64,000 bases of DNA from Lama glama (lineage: Eukaryota), in assembly GCA_028534125.1 (NCBI GenBank), contig CM052839.1, forward strand, positions 14,198,001-14,262,000, in the 5' to 3' direction. Below are positions 37,188 to 50,600 of this stretch, in pieces (the stretch's first letter is position 1; every line of letters starts with the position of its first letter). Both the position numbers and the translations under genes were made by a program. The notes under the pieces were generated by a model that saw nothing but the letters and a program-made list of their open reading frames with translations, had not been told where the DNA came from and did not search any database.

Positions 37188-37679
37188 ACCCCTGCCGGCG
37201 GCCAGCGCCCCGTCTCGACGGCCGAGGGCAGCGCCGAAGACCCCGAGGCCCACGGTTCGCCCGCGGTTCGCCCGCGGTCTGCACGGTCCGGGGCGGGGGA
37301 TGGAGACCCTCGGGGACTTCAGCACCTGACGTGGGAGCCTGCCCAGCCCGCGACCCCACTCGACGAGCGGCGGCCAGGATGGTGCTGGCCTCTGGTGGCC
37401 GGCCGGGGGATTGCCGGGGCCGGGCCGCCGCCGGGTGTCACCTGCTCCGAGGCTTTCCCGCTCCGTGCAGAGCGAAGATAGGGGTGCGTTTCACTGAGCC
37501 GAAGGCCGGACCTGGCCTTCCCCGCCAGCAGGGCGCCCCCCCGCGCCTCTCTCCCTTACGGGGAGACAGACCGGCGCAGAGTGCAGGTCGGGGCGCGCCA
37601 GCGTCCTGGCCTCAGGGGCGCAGTATTACTTTGCCTTTCGCAGACTTTATTTTCTTAGGTTGAGAAGTTTTGTACAGAG

Positions 37680-37685
37680 AATAAA
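37680..37685 (+). terminator. SREBF1 polyadenylation signal
   Basis: AATAAA preceded by TGTA (37671) and followed by a U-rich tract. Confidence 0.8.
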
Positions 37686-38286
37686 ACATGAAATTATTTA
37701 TAATCTGGGTTTTGCTCCTTTGAGAAGGGGTTATGTGCTGCCCAGAGGGCAACCTATGGGCCGTCCCTACCCCCAGCACCCAGGCAAAGGCTTCCTATTC
37801 CCGCCTGCTATATGGGACAAAATTTCCCCCCTTGAGATGTTATGGGAGGCCAGGCCGCTCGACCTCTAGTTGACCCAGATCCCACTGATCACTGGGCCAC
37901 AGATTTGGGCTGTATCATATTGTAACTCCTAGGGCCCGGATGGTCTCAGCTGTTCCTTCTTGCTGCCTCTCCCACCTTCTACCCCTTCAGATCCCAGGGT
38001 GGCATGGAGGGACACTGTGTTCTTGGGGATCTGTTGACAGGAGGAGCTACAACCTGGGTCTCCCTGTGTGTCTGGGATGTCAGTCTCCCCTCCTGGACCC
38101 CTGTCCCCTGGGCAGCTGTCTGCTCACCTGTGGCCACGTGGGTATAGTCTGGGCAGCAGGGCTTCTGTCCTGTTCCTGCAGTAACCTAGAATCCCCGACT
38201 CCCCATTCCTGTCCCCAGTACCCCACCCTCCATCCCACCCTTTCCCTGAAGCCCCGCCCCTCCCCCAGGACAATCTGGTCAGAATC

Positions 38287-38667
38287 NNNNNNNNNNNNNN
38301 NNNNNNNNNNNNNNNNNNNNNNNNNNNNNNNNNNNNNNNNNNNNNNNNNNNNNNNNNNNNNNNNNNNNNNNNNNNNNNNNNNNNNNNNNNNNNNNNNNNN
38401 NNNNNNNNNNNNNNNNNNNNNNNNNNNNNNNNNNNNNNNNNNNNNNNNNNNNNNNNNNNNNNNNNNNNNNNNNNNNNNNNNNNNNNNNNNNNNNNNNNNN
38501 NNNNNNNNNNNNNNNNNNNNNNNNNNGATATAATACNNNNNNNNNNNNNNNNNNNNNNNNNNNNNNNNNNNNNNNNNNNNNNNNNNNNNNNNNNNNNNNN
38601 NNNNNNNNNNNNNNNNNNNNNNNNNNNNNNNNNNNNNNNNNNNNNNNNNNNNNNNNNNNNNNNNNNN
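38287..38667. other. Assembly gaps, probably covering the RAI1 3' end
   Basis: Two N runs separated by a 10-nt island. Confidence 0.9.
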
Positions 38668-39626
38668 GTGGCCCGGACGGTGGTGGCTGCGTGGGGAAGG
38701 GGGCATCGCTGGAGCCCCCTTCTCCGCAGGGCCCCTTGCTGAGGGGCGCACGACACACGGAGAAGCGAGCATGTTCCCAACATATATACATTCTATGTGA
38801 CATATATATAGAGGGGCACACAGGTGTGTACGTGGATCTGGCGCTGTCTCCACTCCCGTGGGAGTGACGCTGCGGTCCCTGGAGGCGGGTGGTCGTGCAG
38901 AGGGACGGTAACGCGTCTGCCGGGGGTGCACTCTGGTCGAGACTCTTGCGCTCTGGGGAAGGGGCGGCCTGGAAGGGGGACGACCAAGCCAGTAGGGGCC
39001 AGTCCCGCCCACGCCCGGGGAGCCTGCATCCCCTGAGCATGGGACCCAGACTCTCGGCCCTGCCCGACCGGCACGGAGGTTCTGGCCGAGGCTGATCGGT
39101 TAGGGCATACAGCCTCCAGCTCCTCCTGCGCCGGCCTCGCCCTCTCCGGAGAGACTTCGGCTGCCCCCGCCCCCAGCCTCGTTCAAGGAGGGACAGCCTC
39201 TTCCCTGGCTCTTCGGACCCCACCCCACCCCAGGGTGCCCGGCTGCGTGCCACGACCGACCCACGTGGAATGTGCACCACGTCGTCCCGGAATTTCCAGG
39301 GGTGAAGCGTGTCCCCAGACTAGACGCCTTCCACCCCCACCCTGGCCCGGCTCCCCCTCTCCAAGCCGGGCCGGGGGATGGGGACGAGAAAGCCCTGTAT
39401 CGTCCGGTTCCGGGAGCAGACGGATCCGAAACCTGCTTCCTTTCCAAGCCGGGACCACTCGCCGCAGCCCGAGGCGGCCAGATCCAAGATCCGGGGTCCG
39501 GATCAGGGATCGGCTCTGGACCCGCGCAGGGCGCAGCTCAAAGGCCCGGGGGCTGGGCAGGCGACTCCGCTCCTCGGTGGCGGGCGGGCGGGCTCCGGCG
39601 GCTTCTCCGGCTGTGGGGTGGGTGGG
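38668..39626 (-). other. RAI1: RAI1 3'UTR (continues into the gap), CpG-rich
   Basis: Directly follows the RAI1 TAA on the minus strand. Confidence 0.75.
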
Positions 39627-39641
39627 TTACAAAGGCAGCCT
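39627..39641 (-). CDS. RAI1: RAI1 terminal exon coding part (RLPL*)
   Basis: ctcctcttccgtgcag|AGG CTG CCT TTG TAA on the minus strand. Confidence 0.9.
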   Translation of the reverse strand, partial: RLPL

Positions 39642-39857
39642 CTGCACGGAAGAGGAGAGCCGCGGCCGCCCGCTGTGGATGGCGTGGGAGTAGGAGGGGC
39701 TCCCTCCTCCAGGCCCGCCCCGTCGGCGGCTCTTCCTTCCTCCCGGCCCCCACCTGGGACGGCCCCGCCCCCAGCACCTGCCGGTCTTTAAGTAGTCCCG
39801 GCCCGCACGTGCCGTCGGCCCGGCCCCCGCCCCGGGGGAAGGCTCGTGATCACCTAC

Positions 39858-39907
39858 CTTATGTTTGGGGCATTTCAAAGAAAAGTTCTCTTCGATGAAG
39901 ATGCAAC
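39858..39907 (-). CDS. RAI1: RAI1 50-nt exon (GCIFIEENFSLKCPKHK; end of ePHD)
   Basis: cacag acceptor, gtaggt donor. Confidence 0.95.
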
Positions 39908-42169
39908 CTGTGAGCAAAGAGAAGTTTAGCGGTCAGGACAGCGTCCTATCCAGCTGAGAAGAGGGCCCACCGCCCACAGGCCCTAGGCTGCTGGGTTCTT
40001 TCCGAAGAGTAAGTCAGACCCTGCTTGAAATCCAACAGTATACGAACTCCACCCGCCCTCCAGCCCCACAGGCCTGATTGTCCTTGGCTCTCGCCTTCCC
40101 TCCTCTCTGGAACACCCCTTTTCCTTACGAGGCCTCCCCGGACTCTGCAGTCTCACCCTCCGCCCCCAACCTCCTGAGCCACACTTTGCTGGACCACACT
40201 GGTCACTCCCTCCTAGTGGTCTCTGCCCCACTGCAGGGCAAGCTCCCAGCCCAGCCCCGAGGAGGCCTTGACACCCAGGGGTGCTCAATGGACCCATGCT
40301 GATGGACTGGGCAGGGTGGTGCACTCCCAGGCTAGACTCCAGCCCCAGGTGAGTGCATGCGTGCGTGCGTTGTGAGGTCGTTCCTGTGAGGCCCTGAGGG
40401 GCAGGCTGACCTGAGCATGCAGGCAGGGGCGAGGAGGGGATGGAGGTCCCAGGTCTGAGTGAATGTTAGCACAAGTCTGAGTGAGCGGGGTTCTGCCCAC
40501 CTGGTGAGCAGAGGATGGCTGGGGGTGGGGGGCCTTCATGGCTCAGTCCCCTGCCTGCTGCCACCGAGGGAGGCCCTGACTTTCCCCTGGACCCTCCACA
40601 CACCACCCGCTGGTCCCCTTCTGGGCTCATCCCCTGCCTCCCCAGGGGATGCTGGCCACTGATCTGAACAAACTCGAAACCCACAAATAGCCAATCAAGT
40701 CCTTCTCCTGCTCACACCGTGGCCCGCAGCACCAGGGCAGCAGTGGCCATAGGCAGAGCGGGAGGGGAGCAGGGCTGGGGAGTCTCCAGAGCTGTCTCCC
40801 CTCTTGGCTACCCACCTCCCGCCAGAGCTGGGGCTCAGGCCTGAAAACTGCCGGTGGGTCTCTGAGGCAGACCGTGCGCTCCCTTTCGCCCGCTCTGGCG
40901 AGTCAGACGCGGTTCCAGGATCGAGCTCACACTTTCCAAACAGCATTGGGCGTAACCCCCCAGCCCGCTGTGCACTCAATGCTCCCACCCCTGCAGGTCC
41001 CACAGCCAAGGGCAAGGGGCTCCGGAAGTGAAGGGTGGGAAGGAGTGGCTCCAGAACCATCCTGCTCTGCAGCCCAGCATCCACACTGGAGGTGGGGAGG
41101 AAGGGTGGGTAATGCAACCCCCACCCACTCCCATGTCTGCACCTGGGGAACCGAGACCCAGCTGACAAAGTGGCCCTGGGACCTGAGGGCTGAGAGGCTC
41201 TGCCTTTCAGCGTGCGGGGGTTAGTGGGCCTGGGCAGCTCTGGTGCCCCGGGGCCTGAGGGCCCAGACCAGACACCTGTACAGCCCCCCCATAAATCCCT
41301 GCTTCCAGACCCCGGGTTGGGCAGGTGCAAGGTGCCCACAGGGGGCCAGGTGCCTGGGACTCCCGCCTGCCCCACCCACTCCCTAGGTTCTTCCTGCCCC
41401 CTCCCTGCTCCCAGGCCAGAGCCAACCCCTACCTTGGGCCCTGGGCCTCCCAGTTCTCCCACCTTTTGTGGCTGCTGTTCCTTGGGTGCCCAGGGCTCCA
41501 CCCACCCATACCCACTCCCCACAGTGGTACCTCCTCGAACCCTTGGGCAGACACCTCAAGTTCAACCCCAGAGGGAGCCGCACGGTGGGACTGCCTGCCC
41601 TGGCCCCGCACAGCCCTGTCCTGTGCCACGTGGCTCCACAGGCCCTCCCGAGAAGGAGGGAGCCGGCTTGTGTCCCTCACACTGCCCATCTGGGCTGGAC
41701 GCAGGGCTCGGTGTGGCCAGCTGTGCAGCTGGTACCGCGCCTGGGCCTGCTGGTCGGGGAGAGACCATACTGAGCGGAGAGGAGCTGGCCCAGCCGGGGC
41801 CCTGGGTCACCCAGCTCAGTAGAGCTGACAGCAGACCTGCACCCCTGGAAGAGATCATGGAGGTTGGGGTCTAAGCCTGGAAGGGCCAGTTGCTAGTACA
41901 TTATCACTACATTCTGCCCCAGACCCGCTCCTCCGCTGGGGGAAGCTCGGCATGTCTCTCTCATCCCTCACATCACGGCCCATGCTTCCTGGGCCTGGAA
42001 GCCTCTGGGGTGCGGGCTCTATGCACCAGCAACCTTCTCTCCCACGACTGCAGTGCCCTGCTCTAGGCCCTCTCCCTGTCCCAGTCCCGGCAGCTCTACA
42101 GAGGCCCCTGTTACATGGGGAGTCCTTAAAAGCCTTCACTGGAAGCAGAGCTTGTGTTGCTCCAAGCCT

Positions 42170-42370
42170 GGTGTATACGTCCCACTACAAACTAGCAGCT
42201 GCCCACCTCCGTGATTTCTTGAGGACTGGCTCCAATGTCACCTTCTCCTAGAAGTCCTCCTGGATTCCCTCCCAACTCAAGATGAATCTCTCCCACAGCA
42301 CACTCTCCTCCTTGTCTGGTCTCTGTAACTTTGGGCAAGGATCATGGTTTTCCTGTCTGTCTCACTCAGA
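42170..42370 (+). mobile_element. L2 LINE fragment
   Basis: ctccaatgtcaccttctcctagaagtcctcctggattccc motif. Confidence 0.5.
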
Positions 42371-43019
42371 CATGAGCCCCCAGGAGACTGGAGGGGACGG
42401 AGCACAAGATGTGGCGCCTGACAGGGAGTCACACTCTGGTTCTGTTCTGTCCCTGCGGCAGGTAAGGCAGCCTGTCTGTAAGGAAGCACCTGGAGGCAGC
42501 GCAGGGGCCTGAGGCCGGGCTGGCAGAGTGGGCGCCAATGTAATCACTGCGGCAGGAAGGAGGCAGCTCGAGGCAGCTATTACTGGGAGTATGGCCACGT
42601 GTCTGGCCGAGTCCATGTTAAAATCTGGTTCACACTGCTTGCCGAGTGGGAGATGGAGCTGGAGAGCACCTCCGCATCCTGCTCCAACTGCCCCCTCCCT
42701 GCAGGGTGCCAGCACCTCAGCCCTCGCCAAGGTGCTGTCATCACTCAGTCCCGTGTGTGCTTCTGCGGGCAGCTCAGTGGGGGCTGATGCTGAGCAGAGG
42801 GGTCCCTGGGAGTGGGGGTCCCACCGGGAGGTGCCTCTGCTCTGTCATCATGCGGTGGGGTTATGATAACCTCACCTCCCTTCCAGGCCAGAGAAGGGAG
42901 AGTAAGGGCGGGGGGTGGGGGGCAGAGGTCACGGGGGCCGGCCCCCAAATAGGACCAGGCTGCACTGTCTGGGTAGAGTTCAGAATGTCACTTCTTGCTC
43001 CAAACAGCTGCAGAAAGAA

Positions 43020-43773
<754 letters not shown>

Positions 43774-44229
43774 CTACAGCTGGGCGCTTGGCTCTGCCCC
43801 TGCTCCTTCCTCCCAAACGGGCCCAGAGACGTGGCGGAAGGAAGCGCAGTGTGGGGCGTGCGTGCCTGAAGGGCTGCTTCCATGGCAGCCCTGGGCTGGC
43901 ACCTTGGGTGGGGTTCTCCTGGGGTGGAAAGTGACCATTGCATGGACAAGCATGTGGGTCTTGGTGTCTCAGACTTGGGTGTGTGTGTCCCGGCTCGGAC
44001 ACCATGCACTGCGTGACTCAAAGTCTTCCTCCCTTGTCTGTATGGTGGGGACACGCCTCCCTCACTGAGCGTTTATGAAGGTTAAATGAGCAACTCTTAA
44101 GTGCCCAGCAGGTAACAGGCACTGCAGGCCAGCCCCCACCTGGTGGTGCTGGCAGCCATGGCCGCGGGGGTTTCCGTACACAGGGCCCAGCTTGCCCTCC
44201 CCCAGTGGCTCCCCCCACAGCCCTCGAGG

Positions 44230-44330
44230 TGAGTAGCTTTCCTGAACCCCACTTTACAGTGAAGCTAAGGCTCCCACGCCAGGCCAGAGTGAGAAGCAGC
44301 ACTGAACCCAGAGTCAGATGCTTGACTTGG
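44230..44330 (-). mobile_element. MIR SINE fragment
   Basis: ccccactttacagtgaagctaaggctc...gaacccagagtcagatg. Confidence 0.5.
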
Positions 44331-44609
44331 GGACAGGCCGACCCCCCACCCCAGGGCCCAGGAGGAGGCAACAGCCGGGGCGTGCACACAGCGCTCGCGT
44401 AAGCCCCAGGCCACAGGGCATGGCAGTTCGCCCGCAGCGGTCTGCTGAGCTTGGGGGCTGCCCCAGGTTGGGCCCAGCTGTCTGTAGGTGGACGGAGAAC
44501 AGGATGGCCCCCAGATCCCGGCACCACAGCCACACTGTGCGGTGGGGAGTGAGGTGCGGGAGGGAAGCCAAGAGGGTGGCAGGCCCACACCCAGAGGCCG
44601 AGGCTCTAA

Positions 44610-44800
44610 TGCGAGTTACTACAGCTCATGATGTGCCAGGCACGCGGTGGGGGGGGGGCCTCCACCTCGTAACAACCCTATGGTGTTGGCATTAGCGTTT
44701 ATTTTGCCCAGGTTAGCAATGAGAGCTCAGAGAGGCCAGGTAACTCGCCTGAGGGCACACAGCCCCCTAGTGGCTGGGCTGGGCTTTGACCCCAGCAACC
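44610..44800 (-). mobile_element. MIR SINE fragment
   Basis: tgtgccaggcac...aacaaccctatgg...gagagctcagagagg...cacacagc...ggctttgacccc. Confidence 0.6.
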
Positions 44801-46963
44801 CAGCTGGAGTGCAGGTGGGCTTCATCCCAGACCCTGGACAGAGGGGGACTGCCCCCAGCAGCTGGGAGGCCAGGGGTGAGACTCCTCCCCTGCTACTGGG
44901 CTAGCCTGAGCAGTGCCTGGGAACGGGCCCCCTGGCACCAGCTGGAGTGGGGCAGCGCAGGCTGGGGGTGAGGGTACATCCCAGCACACCAGGTGTTCAC
45001 AAGATGCCTTCTGGGTGGGGCTGAGCGCTCTAGGGGATCTGCGGCCCAGTGTCCCCACCTCCCGGTCCACAAAGGGTGTGAGGCAGGAGGGCACCCCCAG
45101 ACGAGACCCAGTGTCCCGTCTGCAGCAGCCCTCAGGGGTGCTGATGGCAACAGACAGTGGGCTCCTCCCGCTGATGGCTTCTTGCCAGCCTGCCTGCACT
45201 GAGGTCCCCAAACCCCTGACACAGGTATTTTAGGGGAGACGGAGCCAGAGAGAGGCCTCAGGCCCTTGTGACACCCTGCTGCCCCTGGGTGTGAGATGGG
45301 GGTGGGGCCCGGTCGTCCTGGGAGGACGCAGACTCCGGGCAGACTGAAGTTCCAGGAGCTGGGCACGGTGGGGCTCAGGGACAGCGGCTGGTGTGGGGGC
45401 TTCCAGGTGGGGAAAAAAAGGGAAGAGGGTGTCCCCGGTGGCCTGCACAGCTCTGCTCCTCCAGAGAGCAGGTGTGAAGGGTGGGAGGTGGGGGGATGTG
45501 CAGACACAGCCCCTACCGTGGAGGGGTTCAGGGTCAGGCCATCCAGGCACCCCCACGGTGCTGGTGAGCCGGGCGCCCTGAGGTGCAGAAGGCACTGACT
45601 TGCTGGGGTCACAGAACACCCCCAGCAGAGCTGGGACTGGAACTGGGACTCTGAGGCTGTGTGCTGCCACCAAACTCCAAGGCAGAAAGGGCCTCAGTGG
45701 GGACAGGTGGCTGGGGGAGGCCTGGGCTGTCGGGGGGAAGGACCGAACCAAGACCTGGGGAGCCCCAGCCCCTGCCGGTCCTTCAGGCCGTCTTCCAGGT
45801 GTGGCACTGCTTTCACAGGCCCTCTGAGCCCTGCCGGGCTGCTGGCCCTGCACTGGCCCAGTGTGGCCGGAAGGCCCTTCTGACCCAAGTGTCGCTGGGG
45901 ACCAGTGAACGCCCCTACCCTGTTCTGGCCTTCCCAGGTGTGCTCCCAGTGGTGGGGCCGCCATGCCATTTCGGGAGGACGGTGCAGCGGCACAGCAGGC
46001 TGAGACGGGGTGCCGAGCGGAGGGCCAGCTCCAGCGCACAACAGCTGTGTGACCCCAGGAAAGCAAGGCGTCACCCGGACCCCACTTCCTCCTAGTCCAG
46101 GAGATCAAAGAGCCCCACACAGGCTGTGTAGGCGGCTCGGGAAAGACCAGGCTGGCCCCGCACCCAGACGGTGGGGCAGGGGGCCTGCATGCTGCTGGGG
46201 TGTGCATGGGGGTGGGGCTGGCTGAGAGCTGGGCATGTGGAGCTGAGGATGTGCTGCAGACCCTGGGTGCTTATGGGAGCCCCCCCCCCAGTGAATGGCA
46301 GCGGGGCGACAGCCCCCTGAACAGATCTGAGCATTGGTGTTATTCTTTAATGACCAGAGACACCTGCAGCTGCTTCAGGGCTGCTGAGAGGGAGAGACAG
46401 AAGCAGAGACAGTATGCCAGGAGAGGTAAGTGAGGACGGGAGCGAGGGCTCCAGGGCCCGGGGTCTGCAGTCAGGCCGGGAAGGCATGGAAGTGGCAGGT
46501 GTCCCGTGAGGCTGGGGAGGGGCACCTGGTCATGGAGAGGTCCCTAACCAGGTCCTGGCAGCACAGAGTCAGATGCGGGAGACGGAGGCTGGGCAGCACA
46601 GCGGCCCCCCTGCTGGCCTGGGACTGGTCAGGGAGGCCGGGGGCTGGAGGAGAAGCCGGTGTGCAGGCAGGGTGGGCGCAGAGCGGTGTGGGCTGAGAGC
46701 TGCGCAGTGCCCAGAATCACTCCGCAGCAGCCTGGTGGGGCCGCACAGTGGCCATGAGTGTGTGTCTGGGGGGCGGGAGCACAAGCCCCAGGAGGCTGTC
46801 CCCCCACCTGGCCCCAGGCACCCACTGCTGACCACCTCCCACTGGGACCGAGGGGCCTGCAGTGGCCTCCTGGCTGCCTGCTCACTCTGGCCCCTGCACA
46901 CCTCCGAGGGGGAAGAGCCCTGTGGTAATGGGGTGACAGTCCCGCTGGTGGGGACGACACGGC

Positions 46964-46982
46964 TAGCACCATCTAGCGGCCA
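46964..46982 (-). promoter_or_regulatory. Candidate CTCF site TGGCCGCTAGATGGTGCTA
   Basis: Close match to the CTCF core consensus on the minus strand. Confidence 0.5.
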
Positions 46983-47614
46983 CTGTCGCTGTCCTAGCAG
47001 GTGGCCGTCGAGCACTGGACAGGCAGGCTTGGCTGTAACAGTGCAGTGTGCACTCCCCTAAGCCCCAGTCCCCTCCACAGGGGCTGTCACGCCCACTTTA
47101 GAGATAAGGAAACCGGTGATCCAGGGGCAGCGCTGGGATCCGAACCAAGAAGCTAGCCCGAGTTCCTGCTCAGACCTCAGCCACTGCAGTTCCTCCAGGG
47201 GCATTTTTGGGCCTTACGGGAAAGCGTCCTGGACCACCTGCCGCTGAGGGCCCTGTGCTCCGTGGGCATCGGAGCGGGGACACCTGCCTTGGTGGGTGCC
47301 TGGACCTTCAGTTCTGGGGCCCCTCATCCTCTGGGGCCTCAGTATCTCAGCTGAGGACGTGAGCAGAGGGACCAGGTGAGGGGAAGGTGAGTGCTGGGCT
47401 GAGCTGGCCAGGCAGCGAGGGGGCTGCTGCGGGAGGTCAGGACAGGGGTGCGTGGGTGTGTCTTACCTCAGCCTGAGGTGTGCCTCCCTCCCCCATATTC
47501 ATTTGTGATTGTAGGTATGTTTGGCCCAAATCCACAGTGCTACAGAGATGGCAGGCCTCTGGACTGCCTGCTTGTGGAACCCGAGGTCCCCACCCAGCCG
47601 GGCTGGCTGCTTAC

Positions 47615-50600
47615 CATGTCCACGGCCACCTTCATGGCCTCCTGCAGCCCAAAGAGCTTCCCGGCCACCAGGTAGACCCCGCCCGTCCACACGGCGCAGG
47701 CCTCGTGCACCCAGTGCTCCTGGGTGTCCCCGCCAGGCTCTGCCGGCGGCTCCTTGGTGCACTCATGCTTGCGGCTCTTGTCGGCTAGGGCTGCCTCCTC
47801 GCCGCCATCCCCCCGACCGTCACAGCAGTAGCAACTCTGCAGCCGCCGGGACAGGCCCCGGGCGCTGGTGCGCAGGGAGCCCTGCTTGGCTGGGTCGGCC
47901 GGGCCGTCAGGCCTGGGGGGCTTCCCAGTGGTGGCGGCAGCAGCGGTGGCAGCTGGGCACTCGAGGCCTTTGAGTGTCCTCTCGAGAGGCAGCGAGGCCT
48001 CCTCGCAGGTGCCCTCCGGCCGCACCTTCTCCTTGAGTTTTGGCTTCTTTTTGGGGAGGCAGTGTTCGGGGTAGTAGGGCCCACAGAGATCCCCAAGGTC
48101 CTTGAAGTTGGCCGGGTTTTGGCAGAGGCAGCAAACAAGGCAAGAGGTACTCAGGGCCTTGGAAACCACGGGCCCCAGATGCATGGTGGAGGAGAGGGGC
48201 AGGGAGGGCCGAGGCTGCAGGACGGAGCCCCCAGGGAGCATGGCCAGGGAGGCCCCGGCCGCGTCCAAGGAGTAGGAGCAAGAGGATGAGGAAGAGGAAG
48301 TGGAGGAGGAAGGCTTCCTGTGGGGTTTGGGCTCCTCTCCGGGGGAGTTGACAACAGTGCACACGGTGGTGAATGCATCCCGCTTCTCCACCCGCACAAA
48401 GGGCGAGAAGGCAGGGGTGCGGCTGTCTGCCCGCAGACGCTTGCAGGAAGAAATGTACTTGAGGCGGATTTCAGGCTCTGCGGGATCCAGGGGCAGCACC
48501 TGCTGCTGCCGCCGCCGCTTGGCACGCCCCTTACAGGGGGAGGAGCTGGCGTTCTTGGCCCGGCCCCGCGTCAGGCGCTTCCGCTTGGAATAGCTGCTGT
48601 GGCCGGCGAGGCCCAGCTGCTTCTGCGCCCTCGTCTGGGGCTGGCAGAGCCGGCCCTCGGGGGCCTGGGAGGCCAGGCCCAGCTCCTCCGTCTTTGGCTT
48701 CTTGCCTCCTCCACCAGAGCTGTCCTCACTATTACCCGGTGTGCCATTGGCCCTGTCTCGGGGAGTCAGGAGCAGAGCTGGGCCTAGATGGGGCCGCTTC
48801 TCCAGGGAGCCTTTGGGGGGTCCGAGGGCTCCGGCCCGGCCTTTCCGGCTTCTCTTCTTAGGCGCCAGGGCAGTGCCCCCAGGCAGCAGGGCCTCTGGGG
48901 ACATGAAGGCCTCAGTTTTGAAACAGTCGGTTGAGGACAGTTTCTTACTGTTCACAAGTTTGCCTTTTAAGGGTCTGTTGGTCGGATTTCTGCATAACAG
49001 GTCAGCCCCCAAAGTTGCTGGGAACTTCTGCCCGGTGCTCACATTTAAGAGACCTTCTTCTGCCCCCAGAGGGCTGCCCCCAGCGCTCTTGAGCCCCTTC
49101 TCAGGGAGGGATGGACTCAGAGGATTCCCGGGTGGGGCCCCTGGTGCTTTGCACACGAACTTCTTCAGGCTGGGCGAGGTGATCTTCTGCACGATGGCCT
49201 CCAGCTTCAGGCCCCGGCCTTTCCGGGGCGGCAGCACCTTGGTCTTCATGGCCCCCTGGAAGGACGCCCGCGAGGCCAGCTTCAGGCAGGTGTCAGGGGT
49301 CTCTGGGGGCAGTGGCTTCACCGCGGGCTCACCGTTGCCCTTGGTGGGCTTGGCCTTCTTGGGAGAGGTCATCCTCTTGAAGAGGGTGGGGGAGCCCTCA
49401 GCCCCCGCCTCCTTCCCGTCACCGCCAGCGCCGCTGCGTAGGACCAGGTTCCGCTTCTTGGTGGGAACGGGCGCCATGAAGGCCGACTTCCTTTTGAGGG
49501 TGTGCAGGGGCCGATCGGAGAGCTTGCCGCAAGCTCCAGGCTTGGGGACCCTGGCCCGTTGGCCCACCCTGCCCTCCTTCTGGGGGCTGCCGGCGGCCTT
49601 GAACGTGGCAGGCAGGTGGTTGTTAGCCAGGAGCTTCTTGGCAGCGCGGCAGGCAGGGAGCCGGCTCTCCGAGGGCCGCCGCCGCTTGGAGTGGAAGGCC
49701 TCCTGGGTCCGCGTGCGGGACCGCAGGATCATGGGGCGCTGGTCTTTGCCTGGTGTGTCCGGCGAGTCTGTCTCCTTCGTCTTAGAGCCCATGGGGCTGC
49801 TGTCGGAGGCCACAGGCAGGGCGGCTGGGTTGCTGGGGCTGGACGCGGCCTTGGGAGAAGGCTTCCCCACCCGCTTGCCCGACTTGAAGGCGGCTCGCTG
49901 CTTGCCCCCCAGTTTGTCTGGGGGGGCCGGGGTGGTGGGCAGGCCTGGGGGGCCGGGTGTGCGGGGCTCGCTCAGGGCCGTGAAGGAGCGGGTGCACATC
50001 CTGGGAAGTCCATCTGAGGCCCCACGGCCTGGGGCTCCCGCCCCTTCCATCTGTCCCTGTGGGGGCCCCGTGCAGGACTCGGGGAGCAGCAGGTCTTTGG
50101 GCAGCGCCGGCGCCCTGCACGGGGAGTCCTCAGCCTCAGGCAGCCCCCGCTGCACCCGCCGGCTCCGCAAGCTTTTGCCACGAGGCACGGGCTCTTTCTT
50201 AGCGATGGGAGCCTCGGGTACAGCGGGTTTGTTTGGCTTCTGGGCCAGGGAGGTGTCGGGGGCCAGGGCGGCGGAAGCCCCCGGAGCCAGCGCCCCATCA
50301 GGCCCTTCTTCCCCAGGCTTCATGTGGGACAGGGAGGACTCAAACCAGCTCTGGACCTTGGACTCGGCGCCCACAGTGGGGCCCAGCAGGATGACGGAGT
50401 CCCCAGAGAGAGGGCACGGGGAGCCCCAGCCAGCCTTCGGGTCCAGCACCTCCTCCACCTCCTCCTTGCCGCACATTAGTGGGGCCTTGGGCGACAGCGG
50501 GTCCTGCAGGCCCGGCCTCCGCTCGGGGCTGCCCAGGAGCTCGCACAGGGAGGAGTACTCCTCCTCCGCCTCCAGGTCCTCCTTCCTGCCGGCGGGCGGC

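Noticed and set aside
37940-39280. ORFs spanning N runs (also 59974-60957 and 62101-62790)
   Set aside because: Artefacts of translating assembly gaps.
46340-46432. + strand exon-like unit (accag ... GAG|gtaagt) antisense to RAI1
   Set aside because: Isolated splice-site pair with no promoter or partner exons; expected by chance.
47540-47614. C-terminal 24 aa of the 1856-aa ORF (VSSQPGW...)
   Set aside because: Read-through past the gtaagc donor; the real frame continues in exon 43650-43743.
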